Virus record (IMG/VR): IMGVR_UViG_3300020029_000569
Span: 1-64,000 of that record
Origin: a virus
Lineage: Duplodnaviria; Caudoviricetes
Reading direction: 5' to 3' (one strand)
Length of the DNA stretch: 64,000 nucleotides
Below the pieces are notes generated by a model. The model was not told the origin of the DNA and made no database searches. It saw nothing but the letters and a program-made list of their open reading frames with translations. Positions 60,283-64,000 of this stretch are shown here, piece by piece; position 1 is the stretch's first letter; every line of letters starts with the position of its first letter. Made by a program: the position numbers and the translations under genes.

Positions 60283-60290
60283 TAAATTTG
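60283..60290 (+). promoter_or_regulatory. -7 element TAAATTTG, divergent from the portal gene
   Basis: TAnnTTTG 3 nt before ATG 60294. Confidence 0.55.
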
Positions 60291-60293
60291 TGC

Positions 60294-61292
60294 ATGATAA
60301 TTTCAATACCATACAGTTACATTAATGGCATACCCGTTGGGGATTGCGGAGTACAAAACCTAACTATTGACCTTACGGGATACCCGTTATGTACTGATAA
60401 GTATTTTGAATTAAGGATAGTATCAATTTCAACGGTTGACGGTCAAACAATTACCACCTTTAATTATCAGCAAAACACATACGGTACAACTACCTTATCC
60501 CCTACCGAATTGATACTACTATTATCTACTGCATTTATATGCCCACCTTCTTATGGATGTTTAGGACAAGAAGCGTCTTTTGATTGGGAACTTACGCCTA
60601 TTCAAGCAGATAAATGGATCAGCGATAGCATTGTAAATGCAGTATCCCCTTCAAATGTAGTCTATTCGTTTAGTGATATTACAGTAAATGGGATTGCCTA
60701 TACCCCACTACCTCATGTATTTTGGACTGATGCAGTAGATGGGAATGCAAGTAGTCATGTTTTTGATTACATAGAAGAAATAATAGCGTATATAGTAAGT
60801 TTGAACATACCCGAATATGTAGGTGCTATCAACTATGCAAGCAATGGAATGTCGGATAACTTAGACGGTACAGGACTTTTAGAACTTTATTTTGAAACAG
60901 GAACTACCGTGTCAATTGATATTACCGCCCCTTCACCCGTTATTGCAGGTACATTTACAGGCGGCACAGCAACAACGGTAATGCTATCATTGGAAATTAC
61001 AGATACAAGCACAATGGCAACAGGCGATATACTTACACAAACTAATTACCAAGTCACAGACGGAGTTAATTTAATAGGAAGTACTACCACTCCCGTTGCT
61101 ACTGTACTGCCTTATAATATTTTTTGCGGTGGGTGTGGACTTAACAAAAACCAAAGTTGGGTAATTACAGAAACGATAGTAACACAAAACGTATGCGCCC
61201 GAAATAATGTAGCCACAGGGTACATTGAATCAGATGAAATAATAGATGCTATCAACAACGTAATTACTAAAACGGGTAGTTCGATAGGGTAG
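60294..61292 (+). CDS. Beta-rich structural protein
   Basis: T/I/V/G-rich acidic composition. Confidence 0.5.
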   Translation: MIISIPYSYINGIPVGDCGVQNLTIDLTGYPLCTDKYFELRIVSISTVDGQTITTFNYQQNTYGTTTLSPTELILLLSTAFICPPSYGCLGQEASFDWELTPIQADKWISDSIVNAVSPSNVVYSFSDITVNGIAYTPLPHVFWTDAVDGNASSHVFDYIEEIIAYIVSLNIPEYVGAINYASNGMSDNLDGTGLLELYFETGTTVSIDITAPSPVIAGTFTGGTATTVMLSLEITDTSTMATGDILTQTNYQVTDGVNLIGSTTTPVATVLPYNIFCGGCGLNKNQSWVITETIVTQNVCARNNVATGYIESDEIIDAINNVITKTGSSIG

Positions 61293-61360
61293 GCATTTCA
61301 AATATTTTTTTTAGTGATTAAATTATAATTTATCTTTATGCCTTAAAATTCAGTTTCCCA

Positions 61361-62176
61361 ATGGCAGATTACCAAAATTTAAAAACAGGTCAAGTACTAA
61401 CTGAATGTGAGTTCTATGATTGCCTTATAGATAAGTGTTGTTATAAATGTAGTATGGGTTGGGCATGGGAAAACTTAACTACTCATGTTGTCCATACGGG
61501 TCAGGTATGGCTTGAAATATTCCAATTAAACCCACCATTTTGTGATTGTGCTGATATTGGTTGTCCAAACGGTAGGGAAGTGGGTTATTTCAATATAATA
61601 GAAAGCATCAGCATGGGTGGTATGAGTTCACAATTTGTGCAAGTCACTCTTAATGCTGCGACATTTATTGACAACGAAAGTTTAGTACCGCCAACACCCG
61701 ATTACATAGTAGATTGGGGGGATGGAAGTCCTACTCAGTCAATTACCATTGGCCAAACTCTTAATCATGCACCTGCAACAACGGGTATCGTAAAAGGGTC
61801 AATATCATGGCAAGACGCATCAGTAGATTTTTGGTATGAGTTTAACTTTGGGGTAGTAACAAATTCACAAACAGAACGAATATCATCGGTAGATTACGAT
61901 TTAGATTGCACTTTGTATCCAAGTTACCCTGTTGACATTACAGATAGTGCTACTATTACAACTTATACAGTAAGGACAAGGGTTGGAACCATATTTGGAC
62001 AAACGATTTACAGTCTAAATGCAACAGGTCAAACCTATTCAGAAAGTGGACAACTACTAACTGATTATACTTTACCGTCAGACCAAATAGTAACTTCTTA
62101 TAGCATTAGATTTGGTGCTACAAATACACAAACATTTAGGAATACATCTGTACTAAGAACTAAATGTATTGATTAA
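61361..62176 (+). CDS. Structural protein with Cys-rich N-terminal module and PKD-like domain
   Basis: YIVDWGDGS PKD motif. Confidence 0.6.
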   Translation: MADYQNLKTGQVLTECEFYDCLIDKCCYKCSMGWAWENLTTHVVHTGQVWLEIFQLNPPFCDCADIGCPNGREVGYFNIIESISMGGMSSQFVQVTLNAATFIDNESLVPPTPDYIVDWGDGSPTQSITIGQTLNHAPATTGIVKGSISWQDASVDFWYEFNFGVVTNSQTERISSVDYDLDCTLYPSYPVDITDSATITTYTVRTRVGTIFGQTIYSLNATGQTYSESGQLLTDYTLPSDQIVTSYSIRFGATNTQTFRNTSVLRTKCID

Positions 62177-62565
62177 TGGCAAACTATGAAAAAATAGGGA
62201 GTTTAGTTATTGTTAGCGAATGTTTATTTTATTCAATGCTGTTAGGAGATTGTAATTGCAATTTGAAATATCGTTGGAAAAATCTAACTACTAACATAAC
62301 TAAAACAGGTGCAGAGTGGAAATCGTACTTTGTCACAAACCCACCCGACTGTGCTACTGACGATAACTCACTTTATGGAACTACAATAACAGGAGTAGCA
62401 GGTAGTACTATTACAATGCCACCCAATACAGGTACAGCATTCACTATTGCATGGGATAATACAATTATGACAAGTGGGTGGGTACAAGTTGGAACTTCAA
62501 TAGATATTACGCCCTCTGTATTAGCAGGTGGGGAAGAAGTAAAAGTAACCTATACGAAACCTTAA
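62176..62565 (+). CDS. Small structural protein sharing the N-terminal module of the preceding gene
   Basis: MA.Y....EC.FY..L...C...W.NLTT....TG..W...F..NPP.C in both. Confidence 0.6.
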   Translation: MANYEKIGSLVIVSECLFYSMLLGDCNCNLKYRWKNLTTNITKTGAEWKSYFVTNPPDCATDDNSLYGTTITGVAGSTITMPPNTGTAFTIAWDNTIMTSGWVQVGTSIDITPSVLAGGEEVKVTYTKP

Positions 62566-62825
62566 AAAAAAGTTTGGATATTTAGAATTAGCAATTATCT
62601 TTGTATTTCATAACCGTGCGGTTTTTATATATCACTTAGACCACAGACCTTTGCATATACATATAATAGTGTATATAAAATGAATGAAAACACTAAAAAA
62701 AATAAGAGTTCTTTGTAGGAAAATATCAATAAGAATTTATAATATTAGAATGGCTTGTATAGGGCAAATAAGCGCAACAAAATACCCTCATAAATGGGAT
62801 GATTCTTTGTCATGGGATGAAAACG

Positions 62826-63173
62826 TTAAGAGGATAGGTCAATCTTAAAATCTCGTATAGCTTCAAACGTATTTTGGGGAGGTAGTTGTATTTGCGTTAA
62901 ATTCATTCCTCCGATTCCATTTACAACGCTTTCAACTACTACTATTATCGGATTAACTCCTACTGAATTAGTAAGAGATAAAACATGATTTGAAATAGTC
63001 TGTGAATTGGAATTGTTTTTAATTCTATATGCTGGTCGTGGCAATGCAAAATACAATCCATTACTTTCAAAGTATTTTACATATCCGTTTTTAATTAAAA
63101 CATCATATATTCTATTATAATTATCTTCTGTGTCTCCGATAGGCAGACTAACAATAATTATGAAATTTTTCAT
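62826..63173 (-). CDS. GhoS/DUF2622-like ferredoxin-fold protein (probable IS passenger)
   Basis: MKNFIIIVSL..D..Y.RIY..L.K.GY...G..F.LP...Y...IVVVES; own TATATTTG at 63199-63206 on minus. Confidence 0.55.
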   Translation of the reverse strand: MKNFIIIVSLPIGDTEDNYNRIYDVLIKNGYVKYFESNGLYFALPRPAYRIKNNSNSQTISNHVLSLTNSVGVNPIIVVVESVVNGIGGMNLTQIQLPPQNTFEAIRDFKIDLSS

Positions 63174-63207
63174 CTTATTATTTGTTTTGTGGTTATTACA
63201 AATATAC

Positions 63208-63242
63208 AAAAAGGTTGGTAGTTAATTCTACCAACCTTTTTT
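63208..63242. terminator. Perfect inverted repeat, bidirectional terminator
   Basis: AAAAAGGTTGGTAG-TTAATT-CTACCAACCTTTTT. Confidence 0.8.
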
Positions 63243-63258
63243 AAATCGAATTGTATAT

Positions 63259-63486
63259 TTATAAAAAATCTTTTACATCACATTCTAATACCTCAGCTAT
63301 TAATTTTAAGGTCGTTATCTTACTTCCGTAATGTCCGTTTTCTATCATGCAAATAGCCGTAAAATCCATGTTGCATAATTTCCCCATTTCACGGATATTA
63401 ATACCCCTTGAACGTCTTATTATTCGCATTTTTGCGCCCATGCTAACCAAATAAGGGTCTTTTACTATTTCTCTTTTTTGTCGCAT
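63259..63486 (-). CDS. XRE-family HTH protein
   Basis: GAKMRIIRRSRG...IENG...TLKLIAEVLEC. Confidence 0.88.
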   Translation of the reverse strand: MRQKREIVKDPYLVSMGAKMRIIRRSRGINIREMGKLCNMDFTAICMIENGHYGSKITTLKLIAEVLECDVKDFL

Positions 63487-64000
63487 GTTGAAGTTAATTT
63501 TTTATAGTTCAAATTTCCATTACAGTTACTCAATGCTGCCTGAAATCTATCGGACTGACATATTTGTTTGCTGTTATATCTAAAAGCGTTTTCATTGCAA
63601 TACCGTTGCAAGTGTTTAGGACTTACAAAGTGGTGAATACCTGCGATTTGCTTTTTTAATATATTCCAATATCCCTCTATCGTATTAGTATGCACTACTA
63701 AATTTTCAGTATATCTTACATATTCATCGGCTCTATGATAAACACTTTCATGTTTATATTCTCCGCTTACTTGTCTGTATCCGCTTTTTTCATCTGATAC
63801 CATAGTACTATTTGGCTTAACAAATTCTTTAACTGCCTGAACTAATGTACTTGCATCAGTATCGGGTATTACTTTTGTTTTTACTTTGCCATTTCTCTGA
63901 ACTGCACCAAATACAGGTGTTTTATTATCCAATGGCTTTTTACCTTTCTTTTTACTTCTATGTATATTGCCTAATTTGCCCCCGATAAACGTCTCGTCGC
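63465..64000 (-). mobile_element. IS1595-family (ISXO2-like DDE) transposase, 5' part outside the window
   Basis: DETFIGG at the window edge, KTPVFGAVQR, VSDE..GY, HTNTIEGYW, SPKHLQRYCNE. Confidence 0.92.

Noticed and set aside
62826-63173. True Cas2
   Set aside because: No cas1 or array; pattern fits GhoS/DUF2622 better
1-64000. Stop-codon recoding, DGR, tRNA genes or CRISPR arrays
   Set aside because: Genes are intact in the standard code with TAG and TGA used as stops; no reverse transcriptase, cloverleaf or spaced repeats recognised by eye

Overview
The window is most of a tailed-phage genome with a Bacteroidota host, inferred from TAnnTTTG -7 promoters and A-rich translation starts without Shine-Dalgarno sequences. 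1-3.3 kb holds a skewed non-coding end region and small early genes. 3.3-11.6 kb is a leftward operon: J-domain pseudokinase, vWA protein, PurA-like ligase, Rad52-like annealing protein, coiled-coil protein, YqaJ exonuclease, and one gene split by a TnpB-only IS200/IS605 element. 11.7-20.5 kb runs rightward with regulators, an O-like initiator carrying iterons, DnaB, SSB and an NlpC/P60 lysin. 20.5-25.7 kb is a glycosyltransferase/methyltransferase/Stealth cluster. 26-62.6 kb is a crAss-like podovirus virion module (TerL, scaffold, MCP, ring and nozzle proteins, three cargo proteins including a 3230-aa giant) with the portal displaced and inverted. The window ends inside an IS1595-family element. 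Best leads: (1) the giant cargo gene looks multi-coding, with an A10 slippage site opening a -1 frame that has no ATG, plus three or four nested small basic ORFs in the +1 frame; (2) acidic Ser-Gly tags in six virion proteins next to a Stealth/glycosyltransferase cluster, suggesting virion phosphoglycosylation; (3) the pseudokinase-vWA-PurA-like trio, whose ligase lacks the aspartate-binding loop. All family calls are by-eye motif recognition; no searches were run.
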